Assembly: GCF_022539665.2 (NCBI RefSeq)
Contig: NC_081331.1
Location: 10,540,001-10,604,000 of the forward strand
DNA length: 64,000 nucleotides
Source of the DNA: Daphnia carinata
Taxonomy: Eukaryota
Direction: 5' to 3'
Part shown: piece by piece, positions 1 to 14,100 of the stretch
Position numbering within the stretch: position 1 is the first letter of the stretch
Layout of the letters: each line of letters starts with the position of its first letter
Position numbers and translations under genes: made by a program
Notes under the pieces: generated by a model
What the model was told of the DNA's origin: nothing
Databases searched by the model: none
The model's input: the letters and a program-made list of their open reading frames with translations, nothing else

Positions 1-3000
1 GATGAAAATGTACAGAAGCACCATTAGATTTTCTTAAGTTCTCCATTGGAATATGACATATGTAACAGAAACTTTCGAACACAGCTTTCACCGCTCCCAC
101 AGTCAGCAAGTAAATAGTAGCACAGCAGCGTCATCTTGTTTTCCAATTAACAACCGAAAAATTCATCAAAATAGAAAATCTTGCTTTTTTGAGACGGGAA
201 CTGCACTGATGTGAACTCTTTAAACATACTTTTAGAGCGTGAATCAACCCCCCCCCCCCAAACACCCCCATATTGGCTACTACCATTTCAATTTAGTTTT
301 AACAAATACAGCGACCAAAACCAAGAACGGCATTTTTAAAATATAGCGATCTAACATGTTTTTGAGCCCGATTTTTTCACTGTCTTTTATTCATTTATCC
401 AAAAACCTAGATATTTCTAGGAAAATAAATGATTTGGGTTCACAGTTCAACAAGGAGGCTGATTGCGCTTCACACACATCTATAAATTTCGCAAGTTGAC
501 GTATCTCTGGATTGTTAGCTAGTTAAAATCTGTATGATAATACACTTTTCTTTTTTTGAACAGCTGCAATGGTATTTCGGTTATAAGTTCCACGGCAAAA
601 TTTCTCCATTGAGACACGGACGCCAATGGTGCGTTATCTTGTGCCTATTTTCAATTAAATGGATACGCCGTCACTTTTCTGCTCGGAAGAGCTCACTTTG
701 GCCTGGAATATTGTTTTGAATGGTGTAATTAGTAAGTTGCATACATTAGATTGAATCAATTACTTTTTGGCATACGTTCTTTAATTGTGTGAGGCTGTCA
801 AATCGTCGACAGGCGGTATCTGAAGGAGGAAATCAGCTAAGAGCTTGCAGACTCATCAATAAATGCAAAACTATAAAAAAATTATAAAGATAGCCTGAAA
901 CCAGATTGTAAAGAAAATTAATTTTAGTTTCCAGCACTTCGATACAGATATCATCGTCAACGTGGGCGCAGGTGACTTTTCCATGTTCATTGTATCAGGT
1001 CACCAACTTCTACTAGATGAGTCAAGAGCAAATGAGGTTACACAAACAGAAAATTAACCATACAATTCAACTGATAGATAACAATACCACGATGCGTGGA
1101 AGTGAAATACACCACATCACAACTGTTAAAACTGTCAGAACATTCACCACCCATACAAAACATTTTCTGATTCATTGATCTTCATCACCTAGCCTATACC
1201 AAGAAAACCAAACACAATTAGTGCAGAACATTTTGCTGATGAAAGTTAACATATACCTTACAAATTTACTGCAGACCGGCAATTCCAGATGGACTCCCAC
1301 ACAACATTCCAGATAAACAAAACAGTAGTAATTCCTAAACATCTTGCAATAGTGGTAAATATGATGCAGTAACTGGTAAATATAACATCTCACATGAACA
1401 ACAAATGGGAACGGAACCATTCGAAAATAAAGTAAACAATTTCGAAAATGAATTTGCACAAAAAGGACTTTAACTAAAAAACCACCTGAGAACTAAAGAA
1501 CATAATTGTTAAGCAAATCTCACTGTGTACCTTTTTGTTGGTTGAATTTGGAAATGGCTTACTAGTTGGAACAAGTTTTTTTCTTTTACCCCAAATTTGC
1601 TTTCCGGGCAGCGCACTTCTAACCTTCTCTGCTGATCACAGTATCTGCATGACCCGCTGCAGAATTATCACAAGTGAAGAGGAAATCGGGTCACAGATAC
1701 AAAGGGGCCCAGGTACACGTTTATTTTCTTTAAACACCATAACGCGTGAAATAAACGAATCCGAAGAGCTTCGGTAATCCTTCCAACTACCATAATTTTT
1801 TTGGCACTGAGCCTCCGTCAATTTTCTTTCCCGATTCTTTATAATTACGAATCTGCCTTTAGAAAAATAAAACAAGAATTAGTATAAGTTTCTTATCAAT
1901 TGAATTACGTAAAACTGTGGAATCCTAGAGACATAATATTTTGCAAACTCTTCGAATCCCTTGAAAGCAGAAAACTTTCTGCTAAAAGATCCATGTAAGC
2001 CAGATACAGGTCAACTGGTACTCCCTTTTCGACTGGCATTGGCAGTGATAAATAACAAGTAGGATCAAATGCAAATGAGACCCCATCAGACCCCATACAC
2101 ACCAAAGCCAATTTCAATACCCAACTAAAGAGATCTACTACTATAGAATCTTTCTTTATTCTACTTATGATAAAATACCCAACATTCATGTGCAGCTTCC
2201 TGAAAAATAAAATGAGTTGGAACACAAATGAACCTTGCTAATAAAACAAATTAGTTATTTCACCTAGATCTCGTCAGTGTCCATCGATGCAAGACTTCTT
2301 CAAAATCAGATTCAGATGTTCGTCTAAGCCCTCGCAGAACAACGAAGAGTAGTTCTCGCGAAGCAGGATGCTGGTATCCGGGAAACTGCGGAGCAAATCT
2401 ACCGACTTGCAACTTACCCAATTCAAAATCGTTATGATGCACAAGTTAAAAACCTGGCTTTTACAAAGCAAGTAGATGGTATACCTTAAATACACTCGAA
2501 GGTAATGCATGGTCACCTTGGCAAGGTGTTCGCCAGACCACATCGTTCGTACAAGATGGCGCCGAGCATTTGCAGTTCCTCCCTTGAATTTCACCTACAA
2601 AAAGGAAGGTCTGCCACGTTCGGCTGCCGTGATATAACCAGCCGCTACGACGCCATGTTAAATGTTGCCATCAGCAGATCAGCCCAGCACAGCACCTGGG
2701 CCACCTAGCGACTAGCCCCCTACGAGACTAAAGCAAATATTTTGTTTGACAAATACGACTTTAATTGGGCGTTAAGAATAATGAATTTGTATAAATTAGC
2801 ACTTCCTAAAAAGTTAAATTAAATTACAAATGAATTAATTACTGAATTAAAAAAAGAAATTAATGAATTTAGTCTATTGCATATTTGCTACATCTTTCGC
2901 GGGTGGCAGTAATAAAAAGAAAAAAAAAAGAAAATAAATGGAAGTAAAATTTGTTGCCCATGACAAAAATTTAAAATGGGATGGGAAGAAAAAAATCTAG

Positions 3001-3384
3001 ATATTGAAATAAACCACAAAAAAAAACAAAAAAAAAAACAGAAAGACTATGAACTTAATCTAATTAATTCAATGTGCGTTAGTTTGTACGATGTTTCGCC
3101 GATTGGATCATTAGCAACAACGTGACGTTTCTAGTAATAACTTAAAACATCTACTTACCAATGCCATCAACATTCGTTTTTCAAAATACGGAATTATATG
3201 ACATCACGCATTTTACCGCCTACTCCCTCCGAGACTCTTACGACGCTATACACAATTTTTATTGAAATCTTTTGGTTATGGGGAACTTACTGAACAATGA
3301 GTCGTGTAATTATTGTTTTCAATCTATTTTACAGAAGCCAAACCATTACCTGTATGCACCATCATTGACGAGAGCGGTCGGTTG

Positions 3385-5112
3385 TCAGGGTAGGCCGAAT
3401 CTTTTCATAAGTTTATCCTTTTCCGTGAGATCTTTTCTAACTTTTGTCCTCATATAAAAGATGGGGCAATCTCGGCTAAATGTGACAAATGATTAGTATT
3501 AAGTATGTAACATGATAATAATATCACTCAAACTATTTACTTGGAACAAAGAATCTCTTCGTTGAGATTTCCCTGGCACCGTTGACATTCTGTCCATAAA
3601 CGATTAAACTTCTCTTCGAGAGCATAAAGTTGGCCAATTTCCCTCTGGTAGAAATCCGATTGTTTCGGCTTGCAAAATCTGTCTAATTGGAACAGTAATT
3701 TTAACAAACATCGCCGAGTTAGGCAGAAATTAGACTTACTTGCATACAGCACTATCGTCTGGAAGGACGGTTTTGCATCCAGCAGGTGGATTTGCGTGTG
3801 GTAAAGCTAGCCAATCCACCAATTGTTGAAGTAACAACTGAAGGCGTCCGGGTATGGTAACCATCTACAATACGGAATACAAACGGTTCAATTATGTCAA
3901 GCAAATAAATGCGATGAGTCCGTGTTTACGTAGCAACAATCATTCCGCTTTAGATCCACGTATGGGTTCAAAAATCCAAACAAGGGGTTTTGAAAGCTGA
4001 TTTTCCAAATAGTATTGGGCATCAATAGGTACGCTGTGTTCTGGGACAAAAATCGGGTCTTCCGCCTAAAGAAGACGCATGAAAACTTAATAGTTCATGA
4101 GAAATTTGAAATCCAAAGACGAACCTTGAGGTAGGCTGGTGTATTTTTAGCAGCTCCGATAATGATATACGGAACTCGATCCCCTAATTTTGGGGTTGTA
4201 CCAGCATCTCGCTTACGCATCTTGTGAGCTAGTTCCACACGTGCCTGTTTGCTGGCGTAGTCTTTATCTGTTTCAGTCAGTTCCTTTTTTATAAAAGAAG
4301 GCAACCGGATGAAATCACAGTATTCCAAAACATAGTTACGCTATACCTTGGTAATCACCAGAAGTGAGATATCGACTTTGTTGCACAGCAAGTCGGAAAT
4401 TGTTTGTTTGGCGTATTCTAAGGCTCCATCCGGATCTCTAAGAGAAAATATCAAACCCTCAAACTTCGAATACTAAAATTGATGACTTTTTGTTTACCGC
4501 TCCATCAAAATTTTCTGCCGACAGCTATTGATAAGATTGGCAACGAGTTGACAATTATCACGACGAACGGTTTCTATACCCTTACAATCCATTTTGTCAA
4601 ACTTTTCAGGTTTGGTCCAATACAATCCTGCATACCTGTGAAGACAGAAACAGTCAGTACAACTAGTATCTCATCTAACAAGTCTTTATAAATCAGAACC
4701 GTAATTACCTCTTTTTGTTGATCAATAAATAGGGGTAATAGACTTTTCCCAATTCCAAATTAATGGGTTTGACAAATTTGGCCGACACAAATGCGGCAGC
4801 TTCTCGGCCTAATTCCATGGCTTCGGCCACCGTGGGTACACCGAATTTCACCATTACGGAATCTGTGTTACCATAGATTACTTGACGTGATATTAAATTA
4901 AAAGAAAATCCATTAGTCAGTACTTCTGCAAATAATTATTCACAATCCAGGGATATTACTTTGGCGTCATGGGCATAGGCATCTCGACGCAAAATTTAGA
5001 CTCCACATCCTCTCTTGTTTTCTCAATCATAGTTCTGCCAAAACCCGTCACACTTTGCGAAATTTCCAGACAAGGCAATTTTCCGACTTGGGCGCCAGTG
5101 AAACCGTAAACA
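3385..5112 (-). pseudogene. POLD1: 3' half of DNA polymerase delta catalytic subunit, pseudogenised, introns retained
   Basis: Spliced translation gives [87 protein letters not shown] and [14 protein letters not shown] (stop 3385-3387). Lesions: catalytic YGDTDS reads YGNTDS (4867-4869), premature TGA at 3940-3942, frameshifts near 4980 and 3785, acceptor AG changed to AA near 4882. The N-terminal/exonuclease half is absent. Confidence 0.93.
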
Positions 5113-6610
5113 TACAAACACGACGGATTCCCTACAGAGAAGCAAATAGCATTACATCAGTCAAATCTCATACTCAAAAGCCATCGAGAACATACTTTCG
5201 GAGGCATCGTTGGATGGTTGGCAATTTTTTCAATATCCGGACCAAAACCCATAAAGCATTCGATCAGCTCCGTCCAAAATTAAAAACCTGGCCGTCGAGA
5301 AGTAAAATACTCCACGGTCGGGAAAATCCTCGAGTCGCCCCGCGGTCGCGACAAGAGTATTGCACCCAGCTTGAAGATTTGACCGCTGATGGCTCGTGAC
5401 AGTTCCCTCATATATAATGACAGATTTTAAAACCGAATTGTAGGAGAATTTATACGACCCGCGGTGAGTTCGAATCGAAAATTCACGAGTGAGTGCGACA
5501 ATTACAACTTCTGGCTTTTGAACCATGGCGCGGACGCACCAGCAACACCTTGTTCTAACAATATGTTCATAACCGGTACCAAGTACGCCGCCTATATGAA
5601 GAAATGTGAAATTTTAGATGACTTAATCAACGAATGTCATGAAGGGTTTGTTGAGTATCTTAGATGCAATTGGGCCTTTTAGCAGTCGCAATCACCGACG
5701 TGCCCACTCAATATTACTTTTACCTCAACTTACCCAGTTCATACCGACCCATTCGAATCAAGTTAGTACGAAGGCATCAAGGTTTCAAAATTACAAAGCG
5801 TTAATTAATTGGATTACCGTTTTGCCGGAGCCCGTGACAGCACAAGCAATCAAATCTCTTTGGCAAGAATAACTGCAACTGAAGCTTTCTGTACAGGTGT
5901 TGGTTTTATGTAGCCAGAATTCTTAATGTTTTGAAGTAGTAGTGGGCGCAAGCCGGCTTCTTCGAGTGATGTTATGTATTGAGGTACATCTTTTCCTGTA
6001 ACCTAAAGCAAACCCAATTGATATTTTCAAATCATAAAATACTGTTTCGAAAAATGGCTTACCTGGATTCGATGGAGAACGACTTTATCAAAATTGTTAA
6101 AGCGTTCCCCACAGACGATCCCACTTAAGCAGTTCCTTTTCATCGCATGTCACAGCTTCCGGAATGTATTGTTCACGCGGCTTTCCGTTTTTCGTCAATT
6201 CACGAATAGATCGTACAGCCTTCCGAGGTGTGGCCAACTTCATGACACTAGGGGTAAGACAATGAACACTGGAACATCAAATATTTTTTTTTGAAGATAC
6301 AATTGATGTTTACCTTGTAACACTTGCTGCCACCAATGACCTCTCCTTGTGGAAAATCCCTTGCTACATGGCCCACTTCTTGGTTGGAAATGAACACTAA
6401 ACATAAGTAAAAGAAAACTACATACGAGTCTCATATTCACCTTATGACACCTACACGCTCGACTCCCACCTCCTCCTTGTGGGCATTCCATGGAAAAATG
6501 TCCTTTTCCAAACCGTTTAACAACTATGGATTAGCCAGACTAGAATGTACTAACCCGAACAGTATTTTTATTTTTCTTACTTATGGCAAGTACGACTTCC
6601 ACCACCTAAT
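5107..6610 (-). pseudogene. vasa: 5' part of a vasa-like DEAD-box RNA helicase gene, pseudogenised and truncated after motif II
   Basis: Degenerate CCHC knuckles (GHFSMECPQGGGGSRAC, GGGSRTCHK), REQYIPE, Q-motif VTGKDVPQYITSLEEAGLRPLLLQNIKNSGYIKPTPVQK, motif I DLIACAVTGSGKT, AAYLVPVMN, LVATAGRL, and motif II ILDGADRML (DEAD reads DGAD at 5269-5271), then MGFGPDIEKI. Several frameshifts. GT-AG introns retained. Confidence 0.88.
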
Positions 6611-7636
6611 CTTTCGAAGACAACAAAATTTGTCCAACTCAAAATTATTCAAACATTAGTATCAGCTATTAATTATTATCTATTAGCGTACCTTGAAAAG
6701 CGTTGAAAAATGAGTAAATTAAACGCAAAAATCGCCAAAGCCACGAGGTCAAGAAGCAAAATCGAGCGAGGGAGGCAGACTGCACGCGCTAAGCCAATCT
6801 AGAAATATGCCTGAGGAAAAAACTGCCCGATGAGCCACGTTTTAAGGCGCCTCTTATGGACGCAAAGGTCATTACGAGTACGAGAAACTTTATCCGTCAC
6901 AAATTAAATGTTTTTAAACAAATTTAAAGTAATCATCCAAATCAAGATTTAACTTAAAAACAAAGAAAAAAAGCGTAATACTTGGGGAAAAACACTTTAA
7001 TTTCTTGCTCCTTTCCTTTAGTTTATTCCAAAATGGAGTATGATGATTTTTCGTTAACTAATTTAACTAGAAATGTGACCGGTAGATGCCAATAGCAGTA
7101 AAACAGAAAAAAGGCCAATATTTTTTATTTTAATTTTGGGTAAAACGGATTGCCATAATTATGTGTTGAATTTAATGAAAAATGGAAAAATGTTGTCGTA
7201 AACCGTACCCGTAAGGCAAATTTAAAAAGATTCAATCGTATTAAAGGAAAAGTACCTTGGATTGCGCCTTCGTAGTCTCTGAATCTCTGATGATAGAAAA
7301 CTTATCACATCGTCTGCTTCTGTTTCGTTATATTTATTCCCTGCGTTAACGTACAGCTTATTTGCCAGTATTGTTTGCCAACACAGTATATTAATCTGTA
7401 CGTCACAGTTATAACATGTTTCCCATTACCACGAGCAATTGTTGAAAAATTGATTTGGTTTATTAAGGAAAAATTTTCAATCATGAATCCTGGTACTTCA
7501 AGTATATGCGTGCTTAAATCGTTGTTACGTAAGTGCTAGACTTGTTGGTTTTTGGTTGGTTGGTTGCTGCTATTAGACAAAAACTGATGCTCAAGTGTAA
7601 TTTTACTATAGATTTTCTAAAAGTATTCGATTTATA

Positions 7637-8069
7637 ATGTTAAACAGTATCATTAAGTTGTTTAATAGTACCATTCATCAAATTGTCTTCAGGGCCATTG
7701 ATTCTGTGTTTTCAGGACAAACTGCAAGACGGCACCATGTTTCTTTCTTTTCAACTTCTACTACTGATCCATCCAATGGCTGTGCAAGCAAAGCAACAAA
7801 AAAAAGAGTGAAAACACCAATTGGTTAGTGTTAAGTTATGTCTGTTAAGGACTACAATCTGTTTCTGAGCATTTTGTTGTAATTAGAATTTATTTGCAGG
7901 AAAACTTGATGAAATTGAGGAAGGGCAGCATCCATATCAAGAAAAAGAACCATTGAAGCCTCATCCAAACAACACCAACCCAGCAACTGGTGAAGTTGGA
8001 GGTCCTAAGGGACCAGAACCAACAAGATATGGTGACTGGGAGAGGAAAGGAAGGGTATCAGATTTTTAA
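7637..8069 (+). CDS. SDHAF4: Succinate dehydrogenase assembly factor 4 (Sdh8/Sirup family), mitochondrial
   Basis: Exons 7637-7823 and 7900-8069 with a GT-AG intron. C-terminus [30 protein letters not shown] is the family signature. N-terminus resembles a mitochondrial presequence. Confidence 0.95.
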
Positions 8070-8137
8070 GAAAATGCCGTTTTGTCAAACATAGTTTACT
8101 TATGAAAACACAATACAAATACTGGAGGTTATAAACA

Positions 8138-11100
8138 TCAATTAAACAAATTTGAAATGTTTAACGTGTCCTTTAACATATGTTCACGTAAGTTCCACAA
8201 TGTGGAAAGGACATCGCGATCACCACCATCGGGCTTTAGTTGTGTGTTTGAACTGAGCCAATGAGAAGGAAGGCGGTTCGTATCAGGGATCGGGGTTTTG
8301 GTAGCGCGCAAACTCCTATCCCAGTTTGAGATATATCTACACTGATTGTGCAGTCCTTCAATGTATCTATAATGAAATAGAAACTCTTTAGCTGGTGGAA
8401 TCAGGCAGCTACAAGGAAAAGAAAAATGTACTTTATGTAGGCTTCTGAATGCAAGAGTCTCTGTGGTTTTGGTGGAACAGCTACGAAAATAGGTTCACCA
8501 GCGACCGGCCGCGATTGCTGGGTGACACTTTGGATTTGGTGACCACTTGATTGAACAACTATATCGAAATCGGTATCAAATGCATATTAGGAGAGCATTT
8601 TACGGTTGATGAATGGTGTAAAGGAAAAATACCTGAATTAGACGATACTTGTAAGGTAACGTTCGTTGAACTAGGAGTGCTGCTGAGTGCTACACACAGA
8701 ATAACCGTTTGATAGATAAGGTCATCAATTTTAAATAGATAAGATCACTTTTACCGAATCTAACTTACCCGAGACGATGGCTTGAGTAGAACTAGGAGTA
8801 GTATTAGGACGAATTACTTTTTTGGCACTGCTGAAACTTCTTAAAAATAAAGACGAAAATGAAAACAAACAGTTTCACTAAACAATACCAACGCGAATGA
8901 ACCGTAGCATACTTGTTGCGGTCATTAGGCGACACAATGCGTCCTTGATTTTTAACAATATGAATCTCCCTAACATGTCGTAAAAGCCGCTCCATTTTTG
9001 GGAATGGTGGTACACCTTTGCGAATTCGGCTGCATCCGCGCCACATGCACTGAAATTCGCTGTCTGCAACAAACGCAATCTATTTCAAATCTGTTAATTC
9101 AGAGTGCAAATAATAGGTACCGTTTGGGTTTATAGTTGTTAACACGTGTCCGTGAGGCTCTGAAAGCAGATGTTCAGTAAGCTCGCTAATTTCTTCACCT
9201 TGCCATTCACACTTTTTCCAGAAGCATTCAAAAATTACGTCGCCTTGCGGAACAACTTCTCCCGAAGCTGAACTAGCTACCGGAGGATTATCTGCACCGT
9301 TCCGAGCCATCTCCGCTGCTGTTTCTTCGTTGATTCGCTGTGATCGCTCTTCGTACTCGGATTTGACGTGCGCAGGCAAATTTCGCCACTCGTTGCCAAC
9401 GAGTCGGCTAACCTCGCCGAAAGTTGCATCTGGGTTTTTGGCTGCGAAGTTTTTCCGCACTTCACCAGAGTAGATGATGTAGCCAGTAACCATACGCTTC
9501 TGAAATATTTTGATTGGTTTTTTAACCGTGGACGGGGTACCGAGAGAAACCGAAGATGGCGTTTGAGGTAATGACGATGGGCAGCTGTCCGAACCCACCG
9601 ACGGTGGAGCTCCATCCATCGAATCTTCCGTTAGTTCATCTCCGGCTCCAAGTTTGGCCATTAAAGATGAGGATTCCTTTAAGACAATAGGGTGAACATT
9701 ATCTTCGACAGAAATATAACTCACAATCACTTACTCTTTGAGGCTGTATGGGGCGACGAAAGAAGTAAATTTCATCACGTATTACAGAAGGGTTGTGGTT
9801 ATACTTTTTAAGACCGTCACGAGGAAGTTTCTTGATTTGGCGACGCGACTCTTCATAGAGCGATTCGCATAGAAAGATATCACTTTCCGCCAGTTCTGTG
9901 GGGCGACCTGCAAAAACATAATTTGACATTGTTCGTGTGTTCCCTTTGATTAGCTATTTTTCGATACATGTTGTGTAATCATTGAAATCGAGGACGGTGC
10001 ATTTTCCTACGACGCTCATCAGTGGGTTGGTATCTTCAATAGAGCTGAGGAAAACTTCTTGGCGGTAGAATACACGACCAACTATCTGGGTTGAAATCTC
10101 GGCTGGTGTGACATACCAAGGGCCATGGAAAAATGCAACATTCCTTTAAATTAAAACATGAAAAATCATCGTGAAAAATCATCGTAAAAATTGGAAAAGA
10201 GAAAGTATTACTTACTCAGAATCAATCCACATAGAATCGATTTGTGCGATCAGCTGCTTGCCATTTTCCGCTCGGACATAGACACAGTCACCAGTCCGTA
10301 ATGTGTGACCAGGTATGTTCAACTGTTGGTAGTAATTCATTCCTGGTTGAGCGGGAGGTGCCGAGGATCCGTCAATGGGCGCGGCTGCCGGTACAGCAAC
10401 GTTAATGAGTTCCTTCTCTGGTAATTTTTCTACCTCGCCCAACTCTGCAAGTTCCTCTTTGTGTTTTTCGATGCGATCGCGAAATACTGACACAACGCGT
10501 TTGGGTTCTAGAGGCTGCTCGCGGGGAATTAACGTGACGCCTGGTGTTTGTAAGTTGGTCCACACCTTGATTTTTTTGAACATCCTAGCTTTGGTCGAGT
10601 ACCGTGATTCACAGACGTAAATGTCTTTGTCGGCAAATCCTTCCGGCTTCGACTTGAAATATTCTTTGACATTGAGTACACAGCATCGTCCACGGATTTG
10701 ACTCAAGGGGTGGGCAGAGCGCATGTCACTTTTAAACAGCTCCTGAAAATAACAAAGAATTTTTAGATGAAGCTCTTTTTAAAACGGGTACGGCTTAGAC
10801 TTTTACCTGTTCAAGAAACTTTCTAGATGCCAAATGAAAAGTTTCATTGGGTCGACAGAACCAATTGCCCATAAACATTTGTTGCCCGTCATTTGCCGTC
10901 CACAGACGTTCGATCAAGTAGACATGATTTTCCATATTTCTCTCTGTGGCTTCAACATAAACAACGTCTCCAACGTGATACGTTTCTTGATTGAAGCTCA
11001 ATTCTAAGCCTAACATAACAAAACGCATGAGCATCAAGCTAATGTTGGAAACGCGAGGGCATAATACCATCAGACACAGCAACAGCTGGTGCAACGGCAT

Positions 11101-14100
11101 CCTTATTTTCCAAATCTTCTTCGGGTTGTTCTTTAAGAAGTTTTTCTTGTCTTATAATATCAACAGCCATTGTAAGTTGTTTGAGATCGTATGCAAGGGC
11201 GGGCGAAGAGAGAACATCTCCGTGCCGACATAATTCGTCCCTAGAAAAGATAAAGAGAATAGATGATACTCGGATATAAGCTTATTGAATTTAATTGTAC
11301 CTTTGTTTGATAAAATGAGATTGAAGTTCAACTGAGTCCTCAAAAACTTGAGAATCAGTTCGCGACAGTTTTCGTGCCCGCTCAAAGCACAGAAAGACAT
11401 CCTCCTGGAATGCATCTAGTCTACGATACAGTCCTTTATCAAGGCGACGCTTTATCAAATCCAAAGATATCGAACGAATCCTAAACGAAAAGAAATATAG
11501 GATGTTAGGAAATTTTTTTTTGTAAACTGAAACGTTACAAATGTCATACTTTTTCCCGTCAACTTCATCGTGTTCTGGTAGCTCTGCCAGGGAATCAGTA
11601 TAACACCGCCCTTCTTCATCTTGATGGTTGTAAACTGCTGTAAACAAGGATGTAAATAATTCCTGGACGGCAGCGCGGACATCAGGAACCAAGCCTTCAT
11701 CCTCACACAGTTGAATCTTGGTTTGCAATGCTACTCGTTGCAAAGTAAGTGCGTCCTGTAAACCCAACATATGTTTTCGGTGGTTCTTCTTGAAATGAAT
11801 ACAAGTAAAGTACTTTATAGATTTGTGAGTCGGGTTCGTTGTATCGACATGCGTTGTCGAACATTAACACAATGTCCGCCAAAAGCTCTTCCACATTTTC
11901 GTAGTGCGAAGCTTTTACTTTTTGTCCAATTTTTTCTAAATCTATAGGCTTTTTGATCACTTCGTAATAGTCAGGGTATTCCTAAAGAATATGACAAAAA
12001 ATGATAATGCATGTAAAATAAAAATAAAGCTGTCCATTAACATACCGTCTTTGAGGGAAGTTTGACGAAAATGGTAGCAAGCTGTCTCCCTTTCACATCT
12101 CTATGTTCTTTGATGGCTTCATAGAGCGCTTTCAGTTTCTGTTGCAGGTTGGGACCCCGACTGCGCCTAATGACAATGAAATTTTCATGTTAATCATAGA
12201 TTATCATTGAGACAATCACGAATTCACCTTTTGGGCTTAGCAGAAGCCGCCGAAGCAAGCCCAAGTTCTCTGGCTTTATCTAAAAGGACACGTTCTAGCA
12301 TATTTGCATCTTCATAGATGACAGAGCCTTCTTCATTGTACTGACGGCAGTTATTGAACATTAAACGAAGATCGTCTAACAATTCTTCTTCACACGTATA
12401 TCTATTTTTAAACATAAGTGTCAGAAATTATTCGGCACGAAGAAAATAAAACAATTACCTATCATTTTTTATGTTGGAATCGATGGTGACCATGTCAATA
12501 GGTTCCGCAATCACACGGTAATAGTCGGGATACAATTTTTTAGAAGGTTTCTCCATAAACACCAGGATGGGTTGTCGTCCGTCTTCCGAAGGAACATAGT
12601 CCATCAAGCAGCGGTAAAGGAGACGCAATCGTTTACGAAGTAGATTATCTACATCACTGCGAGCTTTCGCTGTAACTTTTGGTAATGTAGCGTTGAGGCG
12701 AGGACGGCCTTTTGGACGTTTGGGTGTGAATTCAATATCTCCTCCGTCCGAACTCTAAAAAGGCGCAACTAAGAAAATGTTCCCGTTAAATTTTTAGGAT
12801 TTTAATACCTCATCGTCAGCGAGAAGCTCCTGGACTTTTGCCTGCATCACACGTTGCAACTTAACAGCGTCTTTGTATAGCTTAGAATCAGGTCGATTAT
12901 ACCGTTTTGCGTTTTCGAACATCAAACTTAAATCACTAGAAAGATCACTGAGATTCCCATAGTCTTCACGGGCCAACTTCGATCGTATACGACTCAATGA
13001 AATGGGATTTTTAATCTCCTGGTAGTAGTCGGCATAACGCCGACGAGAAGGCAGCTTCAAAAATGGTTCGCAGAGTACGTTTCCTGTTAACAGAGATAGA
13101 ATGTAAAACCCAATTCAAGCTGTTAATTATACCTCAATACCTTGATTGTCGGTATAGTTATGAATAGTATCATATAATTGCCAAAGAGGGCTTGAATCTG
13201 CGTCATCTGGTCGAACATGCGAACCAGCAAATTCCCCATCTTCATCAATTTCATCTGGATATTCATATTTGAATGTAATACAATAATTCATATTTGTTAT
13301 TTCCGGTATGTTGACGAACTCATATTGTACCGAATCATACCTTTGACGGAAACATCTGATGATTTCGAGACATCGCCTATTCCGTCGCTAGAGTCGTCGT
13401 ATTGAAGAGCAGCCGTAATTGAAGACAATGACTGGGCTGCCCTGGCACGCTTACTTCTATAACAAACAAATAGCAATAATTTAAATGAATAAATATGCAT
13501 TTAAAAGCAAATTGAAGGAAAAAAAAAACATAAAACGCAACAAAGAAATAAACGGGAAAAACCAGTTTCATACCTAATCCTTTCACTGGTCTTCCCTCCC
13601 GTATGACGAGAATGTTCAATTTCAGATTTGCGTGAAGCTACTATTTTCCGAAGCAATTTGGCATCCTTATAAATCTGGGAGCCGGGTTCATTATAACTGC
13701 AAGCATTTTTTGTAAGAAGGATTAAATCTTTCTCCATCTCATTAAGGTTAGCATATTCATTGGCTTGAATCTTTGTGGCTATTTGTTTCAGGTCAATTGG
13801 ATTTTCAATCACTTGGTAATAATCAGGATACAACTTTCTTGATGGCAGTAGCTGAAAAACTGAATGAAGCAATCTCCCTCCATCTGCAGAAGTGGCATTC
13901 ATAACACCAGCAAACAGTTCTTCATAAACATTATCGTCGTCAATTAAATGCTGTGAAGAAGACGAAGAAAAATTATCCCTTGACTCTTCAGATTCTGCAT
14001 CGTCTGAATCCATGGGAGAAGAATTGGCAGGCTTCTTGGGGGGCCTTCCCACCTTCAAAACAATCCTCTCTTTTGGCTTGACTTCCGGTACTTCATCTGC

